DNA of 64,000 bases. It comes from Clostridia bacterium. Its GTDB lineage: Bacteria > Bacillota > Clostridia > Christensenellales > CAG-314. Shown one piece after another: positions 17,760 to 26,998 of the stretch. The translations under genes were made by a program, and so were the position numbers. Location of the stretch: positions 4,074 to 68,073 of the forward strand of contig JAFQSA010000057.1 of NCBI GenBank assembly GCA_017409765.1, in the 5' to 3' direction. The notes under the pieces are model-generated. The model saw only the letters and a program-made list of their open reading frames with translations, did no database searches and was not told the DNA's origin. The first letter of the stretch is position 1, and each line of letters opens with the position of its first letter.

Positions 17760-18884
17760 TTACTGCGAATTTATCTCTTTCAATGCGCTACTGCGAGCAT
17801 CCAAAATAGACTCTTCGTCGGCAAAAACATTTGGAACAATTGCCTTTGAAATGCCACTTTCGCAGGCGGAATACCACTCGTTTGTGTACAAATTTTGACA
17901 AGTGACGCTAAACATGGAAATATCTCGCACACTTTGCTGAACGGTGTCCGTCAAAAGATACTGCACGTACTTTTGGCAAATGGATAGATTGGATGTGTGC
18001 TTGCTAATGCCCACGTAACTAACAAGGTCGGTATAGGCGGTCAAGGGAGCAAACAGCAGTTCTTCCATTTTGCCAAGTTCCAGTTTTTTGCCGAGGCGGT
18101 ACATATCCCGTTGAGTACCAAGCAACGTTACTGCACTTTTGTTGGCAACAAACTGCTCGTAGGCGGTGTACTGGGTTGTGGAGTAATCTGGTTGAAACGC
18201 GCCTTTGACGCCACTTTTTGCCAAAGCGGTTAGTGGACTGTTGTACCCGCTAAATCCGCACACAAGGGGAGCAAGCGTAATTGTGTTTTTGCCCACCTTT
18301 CGCGTGAAAGTTGTAGTTAAACAGTTTGCCAAAACGTCGCCATTTTGCTGACTTTTTCGTGCAAAAACGCAGTACGTACCCACAAAAATTGGAATTGCAT
18401 AGGTGGAGTTGTGCACCCGTCCGCTTTGGGCAAAATTGTCCAAAACACCACCAAAATCTACGTCCATTGGGGCAAGATTTTGCAACACTTTTGCACCCAC
18501 TCCGCGGGAAAAACACAGCAAATCAAACTTTTGCCCATCCGCCAGTTTTGCCAAGAGTTGGCTTTCCGTAAGCGCCGTTACGCACACAAAAACACCCTTG
18601 TTTTGGCTTTCGAACTGAGCGGAGCGCTTGGTAAACCAACTTTGCCTGCTGCCGCTACCGCCTTCGAAACTATCCACCAACCACAAATTGATTACACCTT
18701 GATAGGTGGCGTTTGCATCCGTTGTTGGCCTTTGCGGAAGGTTTGGCATGGCAAAAATAAACACGCCGGCAATTGCCACCACAACCAATGCTTGAGCAAT
18801 CAGTTGCGGAGTAAGTCGTTTGAGATGCATAACCTTTTTGTCTTTTTGCTTATTCTTTGGCTTTACTATCTTGATTTTACCCAT
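17760..18884 (-). CDS. Membrane-anchored extracytoplasmic protein, possibly with a periplasmic-binding-protein-like fold
   Basis: Single N-terminal TM (LIAQALVVVAIAGVFIFA) followed by ~330 soluble aa. No family motif recognised. The start is ambiguous (18884 or 18830). Confidence 0.45.
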   Translation of the reverse strand: MGKIKIVKPKNKQKDKKVMHLKRLTPQLIAQALVVVAIAGVFIFAMPNLPQRPTTDANATYQGVINLWLVDSFEGGSGSRQSWFTKRSAQFESQNKGVFVCVTALTESQLLAKLADGQKFDLLCFSRGVGAKVLQNLAPMDVDFGGVLDNFAQSGRVHNSTYAIPIFVGTYCVFARKSQQNGDVLANCLTTTFTRKVGKNTITLAPLVCGFSGYNSPLTALAKSGVKGAFQPDYSTTQYTAYEQFVANKSAVTLLGTQRDMYRLGKKLELGKMEELLFAPLTAYTDLVSYVGISKHTSNLSICQKYVQYLLTDTVQQSVRDISMFSVTCQNLYTNEWYSACESGISKAIVPNVFADEESILDARSSALKEINSQ

Positions 18885-19243
18885 AAATGCATCATTCCAT
18901 CGCAATAGTATATGCAAAAGTTGCGCAAAATAGATAACAATGGGGAGTGCAAAAGAATTCCTGTACACCAAAAGGGCCCCATTTTGGTTTTGAGCCAAAT
19001 TGCAATGCAAAAAATGAGTATCACAACACAAAAAATTGAATATCTCAACGCAAAAAACAATTTTTGCATACCAAATTTCAATTTGGGTATTTACATTTGT
19101 TATATTTTATTTTATAATTGGTATGTTGTGGGCAAGATTGCAAACAACTTTTGTCTGTTGAAAAGGCACTTTGTCAACAATCAATTTGCGTTTGCACCAC
19201 CGCAACCTGCCTTTGGGCAAATACATCGAAAGGAAAACTTTTT

Positions 19244-20947
19244 ATGAAACTGAACACCAAACGTACAATTCTTGTGGGATTTGCATTTTTCCTGATTAGT
19301 GCTTTTTGGCAAGCATACGATGCAATCATCCCCCTTATGCTTACAAACAAATTTGGTCTGGACCAAACTTGGTCGGGCCTGATCATGTCCTTGGATAACA
19401 TTTTGGCGTTGTTCATGTTGCCAATTTTTGGTTCCTTGTCCGACAAGACAAAAACCAAGTACGGCAAACGTACACCATTTATTGTTATCGGCACAATTTT
19501 GGCAATTGTGTGCTTTGTGGGACTCTCATTTGTTGATGCGGCACAACTGCAAAAGATCAAGGACGAAAACGTTACAAATGCAACCTACTGGAGCCAAAGA
19601 GAATCCTACACCGAGTTGGAAAACCGCGAGTTCCACACCATCACGAACAACGACGTAGACAGCAAATACAGTTTGAGTGACTACGCATCTCAAGTGCGCT
19701 TCAACAAAGATTACGACGAGTTGACCGACGCGGAAAAGGCAGAACTGCAAACTTGGTACGAAGGTATTGACTTTGAAAGCAGATACGCCTACGACCCAAA
19801 TACCAACACCTACACAATCTACCCAAGCAAAGATGCCGTACCCAAGGGAGTGCTAACAACAAACACCTACTCCACACTTGTTAGCGCGCCAGAAAGTCAA
19901 TTTGCCAAGGAAATCACAAAGGGTAACGTGTTTGTTTTGGTGTTGTTCATCATTGTGCTTTTGATGACGTTGATTAGCATGGCAACATTCCGCTCCCCTG
20001 CGGTAGCATTGATGCCGGACGTTACAGTAAAGCCACTAAGAAGCAAGGCAAATGCCATCATCAACTTGATGGGTACTGCCGGAGGTATTTTGGTACTTTT
20101 GCTTGGCAAATTGTTTGGTACAGGTAGCGTACAAAATCAATTGATGGACTACCGTTGGTTTGTTGCAACCGTTTGTGGCATCATGCTTGTGGCACTTACA
20201 ACATTCATTTTGACCGTAAAGGAAAAGAAATGGAATCAACAAATGCTTGACGAGCAAGCAAAACTTGATGCGGAAGAACAAAACGACCAACCCGAAGTAC
20301 AAGTGGAAGAACCTGTACAAGAAACAAAACTCCCCAAGGACAAACTCCGCTCGTTGATATTTATCCTTGCATCCGTTGCAATGTGGTTTACTGGTTACAA
20401 CGCAGTTACAAGCAAGTACAGCGTTTACGCGCTTAACGTTTTGAACAAAGACTACAACACCACACTTTTGATTGCGCAAGCAGCCGCAGTTGTTGCCTAC
20501 ATCCCTGTTGGTATGATTGCAAGCAAACTTGGTCGCAAAAAGACAATCATGATTGGTGTTGGTATGTTGTTTACTGCATTTTTTGGCGCGGCATTTATTG
20601 GTCCATCCTCCCCAGGATTCTTGATCACATTGTTGTTTGCTTTGGCTGGTGTTGCTTGGGCAACAATCAACGTAAACAGTTTCCCAATGGTTGTAGAACT
20701 TGCACAAGGATCCACCATTGGTAAGTACACAGGCTACTACTACACGGCAAGCATGGCAGCGCAAGTTATCACACCTATCCTTTCCGGTTGGTTGATGACA
20801 CAATTTGGCACAATGAAGATTTTGTTCCCATACGCATCCATCTTTGTGGCAATTGCATTTGTAACAATGTGCTTTGTAAAGCACGGCGATGCTAAGCCCG
20901 AACAACCCAAGGATAAACTTTCTATGCTTGGTGGCGCAGAGGACTAG
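19244..20947 (+). CDS. MFS transporter, GPH/SLC45-like, with a ~130-aa hydrophilic insertion after TM4
   Basis: ATG at 19244 with an AAAGGAAA SD. LPIFGSLSDKTKTKYGKRTPF loop motif (GPH-type DxxxxxGRRxP). 12 TM segments. Confidence 0.8.
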   Translation: MKLNTKRTILVGFAFFLISAFWQAYDAIIPLMLTNKFGLDQTWSGLIMSLDNILALFMLPIFGSLSDKTKTKYGKRTPFIVIGTILAIVCFVGLSFVDAAQLQKIKDENVTNATYWSQRESYTELENREFHTITNNDVDSKYSLSDYASQVRFNKDYDELTDAEKAELQTWYEGIDFESRYAYDPNTNTYTIYPSKDAVPKGVLTTNTYSTLVSAPESQFAKEITKGNVFVLVLFIIVLLMTLISMATFRSPAVALMPDVTVKPLRSKANAIINLMGTAGGILVLLLGKLFGTGSVQNQLMDYRWFVATVCGIMLVALTTFILTVKEKKWNQQMLDEQAKLDAEEQNDQPEVQVEEPVQETKLPKDKLRSLIFILASVAMWFTGYNAVTSKYSVYALNVLNKDYNTTLLIAQAAAVVAYIPVGMIASKLGRKKTIMIGVGMLFTAFFGAAFIGPSSPGFLITLLFALAGVAWATINVNSFPMVVELAQGSTIGKYTGYYYTASMAAQVITPILSGWLMTQFGTMKILFPYASIFVAIAFVTMCFVKHGDAKPEQPKDKLSMLGGAED

Positions 20948-20962
20948 AACTAAACAAAAACT

Positions 20963-20994
20963 ATGGACGTGGCAAAAGTCACGTCCATTTTTTG
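20963..20994 (+). terminator. Terminator of the MFS gene
   Basis: ATGGACGTG-gcaaaagt-CACGTCCAT stem followed by TTTTTT. Confidence 0.8.
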
Positions 20995-21048
20995 TTGGAT
21001 TTTTTGCGGAAAAATCTCAAAAATACGTTAGGTTTTTGTACAGTTTTA

Positions 21049-21077
21049 TTGACTAAATTGTGCAAAAGATGTAAAAT
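21049..21077 (+). promoter_or_regulatory. Sigma-A type promoter (TTGACT-17-TAAAAT)
   Basis: Read directly; lies 31 nt upstream of the ATG at 21108. Confidence 0.55.
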
Positions 21078-21107
21078 CTATATGCAATATCTCATTGGAG
21101 GTAAACT

Positions 21108-22280
21108 ATGGACTATCAAGGTACAATTTCGCGCGGAATTCGCGCACCAATCATCAAACGTGGCGACGACCTTGCGCAAATCGTTGCTGATTGCGTTGTA
21201 AACGCATCGGTTAGTGGCGGTTTTGAACTAAACGACAAGGACGTTGTTGCCGTTACCGAGGCGGTGCTTGGACGCGCTCAAGGTAACTACGCAACTTTGG
21301 AACAAATCGCAAAGGACGTGCACGAAAAGTTTGGCGACGAAACGGTTGGTCTTGTTTTGCCAATTCTTTCCAGAAATAGATTTTCCATGCTTTTGAGAGC
21401 CATCAGCATGGGCGTTAAGAAGTTGATTGTGCAACTATCCTATCCAAGTGACGAAGTGGGCAACAGTTTTGTTACCACCGAGCAATTGATGGAAAAGGGC
21501 GTTAACCCCTACACCGACGTGTTTACAGCGGAGGAGTTCCACAACACCTTTGGCGACGTAAAACACGTGTTTACAGGTGTGGACTACATCGACTACTACC
21601 AAGAAATTGGCAACTGCCAAGTTATCCTTGCAAACAATCCTTGCGAAATTTTGAAACATACAAAGTACGTTATCAATGCGGATATCCACACTCGCAAGCA
21701 AACAAAGGCAATCCTTTTGAATGCCGGCGCAAAGAAAGTTTGCTCGTTGGACGAATTTATGACACACTCCGTTGACGGCAGTGGCTACAACGAACAATAC
21801 GGTATTTTGGGTAGCAACCTTGCCACCGAAAACAGCGTAAAACTTTTCCCACGCGATTGCGAAAACTTTGTTTTGCGTGTGCAAAAACTCATCTTCGAAA
21901 AGACAGGCAAAATGCTGGAATGCATGGTGTACGGCGATGGCGCTTTCAAAGACCCTGTTGGTGGCATTTGGGAACTTGCTGACCCAGTTTGCTCGCCAGC
22001 GTTCACAAGCGGACTTGTTGGCACTCCTAACGAAATCAAACTCAAGTACGTTGCAGATAACAAACTTGCAGGACTATCTGACGAGGAAGCGGAACGCGAA
22101 CTGAAGAAGATAATTGCCCAAAAGCAAAACAACCTTGTTGGCAACATGCTCAGCCAAGGCACAACACCAAGACGCATCACCGACTTGCTTGCCAGCCTTG
22201 CCGACCTTACAAGTGGTAGCGGCGACAAAGGCACACCAATTGTGCTTGTACAAAACTACTTCAAAAACTACGCAATGTAA
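21108..22280 (+). CDS. CofE-like (F420-0:gamma-glutamyl ligase family) protein
   Basis: 390 aa. The N-terminal block IKRGDDLAQIV...DKDVVAVTEAVLGRAQGN resembles the CofE/FbiB ligase fold signature. Assigned from memory only. Confidence 0.5.
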   Translation: MDYQGTISRGIRAPIIKRGDDLAQIVADCVVNASVSGGFELNDKDVVAVTEAVLGRAQGNYATLEQIAKDVHEKFGDETVGLVLPILSRNRFSMLLRAISMGVKKLIVQLSYPSDEVGNSFVTTEQLMEKGVNPYTDVFTAEEFHNTFGDVKHVFTGVDYIDYYQEIGNCQVILANNPCEILKHTKYVINADIHTRKQTKAILLNAGAKKVCSLDEFMTHSVDGSGYNEQYGILGSNLATENSVKLFPRDCENFVLRVQKLIFEKTGKMLECMVYGDGAFKDPVGGIWELADPVCSPAFTSGLVGTPNEIKLKYVADNKLAGLSDEEAERELKKIIAQKQNNLVGNMLSQGTTPRRITDLLASLADLTSGSGDKGTPIVLVQNYFKNYAM

Positions 22281-22362
22281 TTGGTTGTTGAACAATGCAC
22301 TTGTAAGCTTGTGTTGTTGAAAATTCAACGCACAAACCAAATAAAACTAAATTAGCACAAAG

Positions 22363-22394
22363 AAAAGACTTTGGATTGTTCCAAGGTCTTTTTT
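22363..22394. terminator. Bidirectional terminator hairpin, copy 1 of a direct repeat
   Basis: AAAAGACTTTGGA-ttgt-TCCAAGGTCTTTTTT. Confidence 0.7.
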
Positions 22395-22453
22395 CAAACA
22401 AACATTTTGATGGATAAACAAGTTTCACAAAGATATACTGCTATCACAAAAAG

Positions 22454-22485
22454 AAAAGACTTTGGATGTTTCCAAAGTCTTTTTT
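22454..22485. terminator. Bidirectional terminator hairpin, copy 2 (91 nt after copy 1)
   Basis: AAAAGACTTTGGA-tgtt-TCCAAAGTCTTTTTT, near-identical to the 22363 copy. Confidence 0.7.
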
Positions 22486-22657
22486 GGTTGGTATTGAACT
22501 GAAGAACGGAAGTAATTGAACAAAGAAAATAAAAAACTACAAAATAAAAGGAGTAAAATGTAGCAACGTGCAATACCAACCGTAAAATTACACAAGCGAT
22601 GCCCGTGAAATTTTGCAATGGGTGAGTGTTTCCACAACGTTTGTTGCAGTTTTGCGC

Positions 22658-22686
22658 AAAATCGCCGATACGTGGTGAGTTTTTGA
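22658..22686 (+). repeat. Family C motif copy (AAAATCGCCGATACGTGGTGAGTTTTTG)
   Basis: Lies 11 nt downstream of the pdxK-like stop codon, co-oriented with that gene. Confidence 0.75.
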
Positions 22687-22696
22687 GCAAATTGGA

Positions 22697-23512
22697 CTAC
22701 TTCAACGTGGGCAAAAGATTGGCAAAATCCACGCCAAAACGAGGGTCGGTGCGCTCCGTTTGACTTGCGCAGTTGCCAACAAAGATGGCGGATAGTTGAG
22801 TGGCTTGCAAAAGATTGCAAGAACAAAGCAGTTCGCCCAAAAGCACCGAACTGAACAAATCCCCCGTGCCAGAGAAAGGTGTGCCAACGCGAGTGTTTGT
22901 GACAAATCGCGCGCCACTTGGTGTAAGCACCACGTTACCAATCAATTCATTACAGGGCACTCCTGTAATAACGGCGTTTTTTGCACCAGTTTTAGCAAGG
23001 AGATCTTGGAAAATTTTGCCAACGGTTGCCAAAAAGGTAGGCTCATCTTGGTGGGACATCACGTTCGCAAAAGGAACGTCACAAAGCAAACACGCCTCCG
23101 TTAGGTTTGGTGTGATAACGTCGGCATACTTGACGATTTGTTTCATCTCACTAACGTAGTCGGCATCAAACACGCTGTACAGTTTGCCGTTGTCGCCCAT
23201 GATGGGGTCTACCAAAACAAAGGCGTCCTTGAACGTTTGCACCACGTTTGACACCTCTTTGAGGGTTTGTGTGCATTGGCAAAAACCAACGTACACGGCA
23301 TCCGCAGAGATCTTTTGTAGGACGTCTTCCGCAAAAATTTGCACGCGCTCGTTGGGTAAAACGTGGAAACGGCCAAAGCCAGTTTGTGCGGAGTAGTGAG
23401 CAGTTACAATGGGCATACACATGTGGCCCAAGTGGGAAAGCACCGGCAAGTTGACACTCATCGAGCAGTTGCCAAGTGCAGATATATCGTTGAATACAAG
23501 AATTTTTTTCAT
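22697..23512 (-). CDS. pdxK: Pyridoxal/pyridoxine/pyridoxamine kinase (ribokinase superfamily)
   Basis: ATG at 23512 (MKKILVFNDISALGNCS). Ribokinase-fold blocks VDPIMGDNGKLY, VITPNLTEA and GTGDLFSS. Confidence 0.75.
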   Translation of the reverse strand: MKKILVFNDISALGNCSMSVNLPVLSHLGHMCMPIVTAHYSAQTGFGRFHVLPNERVQIFAEDVLQKISADAVYVGFCQCTQTLKEVSNVVQTFKDAFVLVDPIMGDNGKLYSVFDADYVSEMKQIVKYADVITPNLTEACLLCDVPFANVMSHQDEPTFLATVGKIFQDLLAKTGAKNAVITGVPCNELIGNVVLTPSGARFVTNTRVGTPFSGTGDLFSSVLLGELLCSCNLLQATQLSAIFVGNCASQTERTDPRFGVDFANLLPTLK

Positions 23513-23576
23513 AGTTGGGTTTTGGTTTACAATAGTTATTTTACGAATATTAGATAAAGCAATTAGGAAAATATTT

Positions 23577-23621
23577 CGCCCTCTCAGGCACTCACGTGCC
23601 AGCTCCCCCAAAGTGGGAGCC
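23577..23621 (+). repeat. Family B intergenic repeat
   Basis: CGCCCTCTCAGGCACTCACGTGCCAGCTCCCCCAAAGTGGGAGCC, followed 11 nt later by a degenerate Family A copy. Confidence 0.8.
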
Positions 23622-23631
23622 TTTTACAAGG

Positions 23632-23658
23632 TGCGGACGGCCATAGGTTGCCCCTACG
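23632..23658 (+). repeat. Family A repeat, degenerate stem (TGCGGACGGCCATAGGTTGCCCCTACG)
   Basis: The TGCGG and CCCCTACG flanks are conserved; the stem has decayed. Confidence 0.5.
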
Positions 23659-23716
23659 TTTTATAATGCGTGCCGTCATCGCAATTTGAGCAAAATGGTT
23701 TCAGTTTTTTGTTTAG

Positions 23717-24385
23717 TTAGTCGTTTTGGTCGCCTTCAACTGGAGTTATGTCCGTTTGGGGAGCATCTTGCGCAACAACAACTACAACTTTGGCTTTTTT
23801 ACTTGGGGCTTTGGGCGCAGTTGTTTGAGCGGTTTGCTCGATACTTGGCGCAAGGGAGTGCATCAAACCGCTTGGCAATGCGCGCAAAATAAGATTTACC
23901 GCAAAGCCAACGATAAGTCCCGCCAAAATGCCAACAAGTGCAAGCCATGGCATGTAGGAAAACATTTCCGGCGTGTTGGATATCAAGCAAAATACCACGT
24001 TTTGTGTGATGTTGTGGCAAATTGCCGACACAACGGAAATGGCGATGATGCTAACGTGTGGGTAGGCAAACTCCACCAAAAAGGCGGAAATAACAACGGA
24101 AACGATGCCGGCTGTCAAACTGTACATAAGCGTGGACATACCGCCACCAAACATACTGCCAAGCACGGTGCGCACCACCACGACAATCAACGCGTCAACT
24201 GGTCCAAGAAGGTACAACGTGAGCAAGGAAAAGATGTTTGATAGGCCCATTTTTGCGCCCGGCAAAAACAGCGGTGGGAACAGACTTTCCACCATGAACA
24301 TGATTAGCCCCATTGCGCACAACACGGATAACGTTGCAATGCGTTTGGCATTGAAATATTTAGTTTTTGTGTTGAGTGATGGCAT
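23717..24385 (-). CDS. Gx transporter family protein (Pfam 'heptaprenyl diphosphate synthase component I'-type polytopic membrane protein)
   Basis: ATG at 24385 with an AAGGAAC SD. About 5 TM helices with blocks GAKMGLSNIFSLLTLYLLGP and RTVLGSMFGG. Low-complexity Ala/Pro/Lys C-terminal tail. Confidence 0.7.
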   Translation of the reverse strand: MPSLNTKTKYFNAKRIATLSVLCAMGLIMFMVESLFPPLFLPGAKMGLSNIFSLLTLYLLGPVDALIVVVVRTVLGSMFGGGMSTLMYSLTAGIVSVVISAFLVEFAYPHVSIIAISVVSAICHNITQNVVFCLISNTPEMFSYMPWLALVGILAGLIVGFAVNLILRALPSGLMHSLAPSIEQTAQTTAPKAPSKKAKVVVVVAQDAPQTDITPVEGDQND

Positions 24386-24463
24386 AGGTTTGTTCCTTTT
24401 TTGGGGGGATGTGGTAGTTTTTTGAGTGAAGTTTTTGTGTAGGCGAGCGCAAGTCCACAATTT

Positions 24464-24503
24464 GCCAGTCACTCTCGTGACAGCCACCTTTACACAAAGG
24501 GGC
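24464..24503 (+). repeat. Family B variant (GCCAGTCACTCTCGTGACAGCCACCTTTACACAAAGGGGC)
   Basis: Same two-hairpin layout (GTCAC/GTGAC, then CCACCTTT/AAAGGGG) in the ApbE-Gx intergenic spacer. Confidence 0.5.
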
Positions 24504-24557
24504 TTTTGAGGCAAAACAAACGTGGACGAATCACACGTAATTTAGCGTGATATGACG

Positions 24558-26570
24558 TTAATCGGTAACAACTTTGAGGTAGTTGGGGCTACAAACGATG
24601 GTTTGGCCGGCGGTTGTCATTGTGCCAAAGTTGCGGACGCAATCTTGGTGGAAACCGCAAATGGAATCGGTCATCTTGGCGGTGGGTTGCGCGCCTGTGG
24701 TGATTGTCACTTGGTTGAAGCGCATTTCGCCATCAAATTCCCTTTCAAAGCGAACAACGATGCCGTTCTCTGTTTGGGTTACAGTAACACTCCAGGGGCA
24801 ATCTTCCGCCACTTGGTACTCGTTACGAGTTACGTTGTACATGAACAACACTTGGTTTGTTTGCATGTCCACAACGGAAACGGTTTGGATATTTTGGAAT
24901 GCTTGGTCGTTTTCCCCAAAGAATACGGAAAACAGCACCACAATTACCAATACCAACACAATGTACACCATCACGTCGGCTGGTTTGAAGAATTTGTCCT
25001 TTTTGACAAATGGGATGTTTTGCGATTGCTTGTGCTTGTGGGTTGTGTATCTTGCAACTACAACCACCGTAAACAATGCCACCACAACTACTGCAAACAC
25101 AACAAGTAGCCAGGTGTAGTCCGTTTTGGGTAGCTCGATGAGTTCGGCATTGCCATCATACGTCCAATGGCCATCCACCTTTTTCAAGTTCCAACTGAGT
25201 TGTTGCCAACTGTCGCTCAAAGGTGTGAGGGCGCTTTGGTCCATGTTGGAAAGCACTTGTTTGCCACCATCAATTGCTTGGTGGAACACCAAAACATCAA
25301 TGTTGTTTTCACTAAAAAAGCCCGTGTTGCAAAAGTCCACAATGCCATCTCTGCCAAGCACCGTCATTGCGGTGGAAAGGCAGTCGGCCTTGCAAGCCCA
25401 GTAGTTACTGCCGTCGTCATCGGGGATGGTGATGGTGATAGAGTTGATGCCCGTTTGCGCAGGAGCACCACGTTTACCATCCACAATGTGTGCATACTCG
25501 ATACCATTTGTTGTGTACTTGCGTACGTACTGACCGCTTGTGGATACCGAGCGATTGGCAATTTCAAAACCAACAAGTCCCGTTGGGAAAAATCCTGCGT
25601 ACTCATCAAATGGGTCGTTGATGGACATTTTGATATTTCCACCGGTGGAGTTGAAACCGTAGGTTTGGCTACTGCTACCAGCATCGACAAAAAACCTTGT
25701 TTGGCCGATTTGGGCAAGTTGTTGCTTGACTAGGTCCACAACGTAGCCTTTGGCAATACCGCCAAGGTCCAGCCATTGGTCGAACTTGACACCATCCACC
25801 ACCGCTGGCGCAACGTTTTTGGTAACAAAGTAGTTGCCGTCTTTTTCCGTAAGGGTTACTGCGCTTTGAGAAAAATCGGTAAATGCCGTATTGGAAAAGG
25901 CATCAATATACTTTTGATCAGGCAATGGGTAGCCATTTGCTTGCCACTCGGCAAAGGTAACTTCGCGGTCGTAAGGCAAACCAAAGTTGCCTTGGGAGTA
26001 GATACGGCTAGAAAATCCCCACAAGTCCACCAAGCGGTAGATTGCTGGGTTAAATGCGCCGTTGGTTAGTTGGTACATCTCGCGACCGATACTCAGCATC
26101 TTGTAGGTGTGGTAGTCAATTTGTAGTTCCGCGCCTTGGGATGCTTGGTTGTAGCGGTAGATGTCGGACGTAGGCAGACCGTTTTGTCCGTTGTACTGAG
26201 TGTTGGCAACGGCATCAACAGCATTGGTGGTTGCATCCACCCAATCGAAAAACTCCACCACTTTGGCTCTGGTTGCAAGTTGGTCGTCCGTCAAACTGTT
26301 GCCACCAATCCAAAAGCCAAGGTCAAAGCCGTTTGGATCGGAATACAGTTGGATGGATACGGCAATTCCGCTTGCGCCAAAGTAGCTTTTGGAAAAGCTG
26401 ATACCCACAGGGTTACCGTCGCCATCCACCATGGAGTGCAACGTGTAGCCGTTGGCATGTGGTTGGTAACTCTTTTCGCTTTCCGTAGCGGAAAGGGCGC
26501 TTGCAGGAATTACCGCAAACGTAGCAAACAACAAGGAAAGTATCAAGATTGCTAAAAAGAGTTTTTTCAT
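24558..26570 (-). CDS. apbE: Secreted FAD:protein FMN transferase (ApbE) fused via a TM hairpin to a C-terminal NusG_II domain
   Basis: ATG at 26570, signal peptide MKKLFLAILILSLLFATFAVIPASA. ApbE blocks GAFNPAIYRLVDLWGF, LDLGGIAKGYVVD, VSTSGQYVRKY...AHIVDGKRGAP and ADCLSTAMTVLG. Two TM helices flank a basic loop at about 24900-25120. The C-terminal ~115 aa match the NusG domain II family (QVLFMYNV...NGIVVRFE...VTITTG...CGFHQDC...IVCSPN). Confidence 0.8.
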   Translation of the reverse strand: MKKLFLAILILSLLFATFAVIPASALSATESEKSYQPHANGYTLHSMVDGDGNPVGISFSKSYFGASGIAVSIQLYSDPNGFDLGFWIGGNSLTDDQLATRAKVVEFFDWVDATTNAVDAVANTQYNGQNGLPTSDIYRYNQASQGAELQIDYHTYKMLSIGREMYQLTNGAFNPAIYRLVDLWGFSSRIYSQGNFGLPYDREVTFAEWQANGYPLPDQKYIDAFSNTAFTDFSQSAVTLTEKDGNYFVTKNVAPAVVDGVKFDQWLDLGGIAKGYVVDLVKQQLAQIGQTRFFVDAGSSSQTYGFNSTGGNIKMSINDPFDEYAGFFPTGLVGFEIANRSVSTSGQYVRKYTTNGIEYAHIVDGKRGAPAQTGINSITITIPDDDGSNYWACKADCLSTAMTVLGRDGIVDFCNTGFFSENNIDVLVFHQAIDGGKQVLSNMDQSALTPLSDSWQQLSWNLKKVDGHWTYDGNAELIELPKTDYTWLLVVFAVVVVALFTVVVVARYTTHKHKQSQNIPFVKKDKFFKPADVMVYIVLVLVIVVLFSVFFGENDQAFQNIQTVSVVDMQTNQVLFMYNVTRNEYQVAEDCPWSVTVTQTENGIVVRFEREFDGEMRFNQVTITTGAQPTAKMTDSICGFHQDCVRNFGTMTTAGQTIVCSPNYLKVVTD

Positions 26571-26773
26571 AGTTACCTTGGTGGCAATTTCACAATGCCA
26601 AATTTTTACTGATACCATTTTACCACAAACTTGCAACCTTTGGCAAGAAATAAGGATATGGTTGTGTAGATAATATTATATAATTAAATATATTTGGAAA
26701 ATTTGCAAACAAAAAAGGCATCCAAAACAAATTCGCATCGCTTGTGTTTGCAAAAAAAATGCATTACACCATA

Positions 26774-26798
26774 TCGGGAGGGGCAACCCCTCCCTACG
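26774..26798 (+). repeat. Family A GC hairpin repeat
   Basis: TCGGGAGGGGCAACCCCTCCCTACG. Confidence 0.8.
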
Positions 26799-26934
26799 TT
26801 TTTCGTGGTTATGGGCTAATGTGAGAGCACAGGTCCTTTGGCCCTATTTATCTGCTTGTATCACGATATGTCAAAATTAGTACACGCAACACTTGGCAGT
26901 TGTGTTTGTGTAGTACGTTGTGTAAAATTTGCAA

Positions 26935-26964
26935 ACAAAAAAGGCATCCAGTTTGGATGCCTTT
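26935..26964 (-). terminator. Terminator of the 251-aa lipoprotein gene
   Basis: GGCATCCAAACTGGATGCC stem followed by a U-run on the minus strand. A truncated copy of its 5' half lies at 26700-26730. Confidence 0.8.
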
Positions 26965-26998
26965 TGTTTTGTGGTTTAGTGTTTAGGTTGGACCAAAA

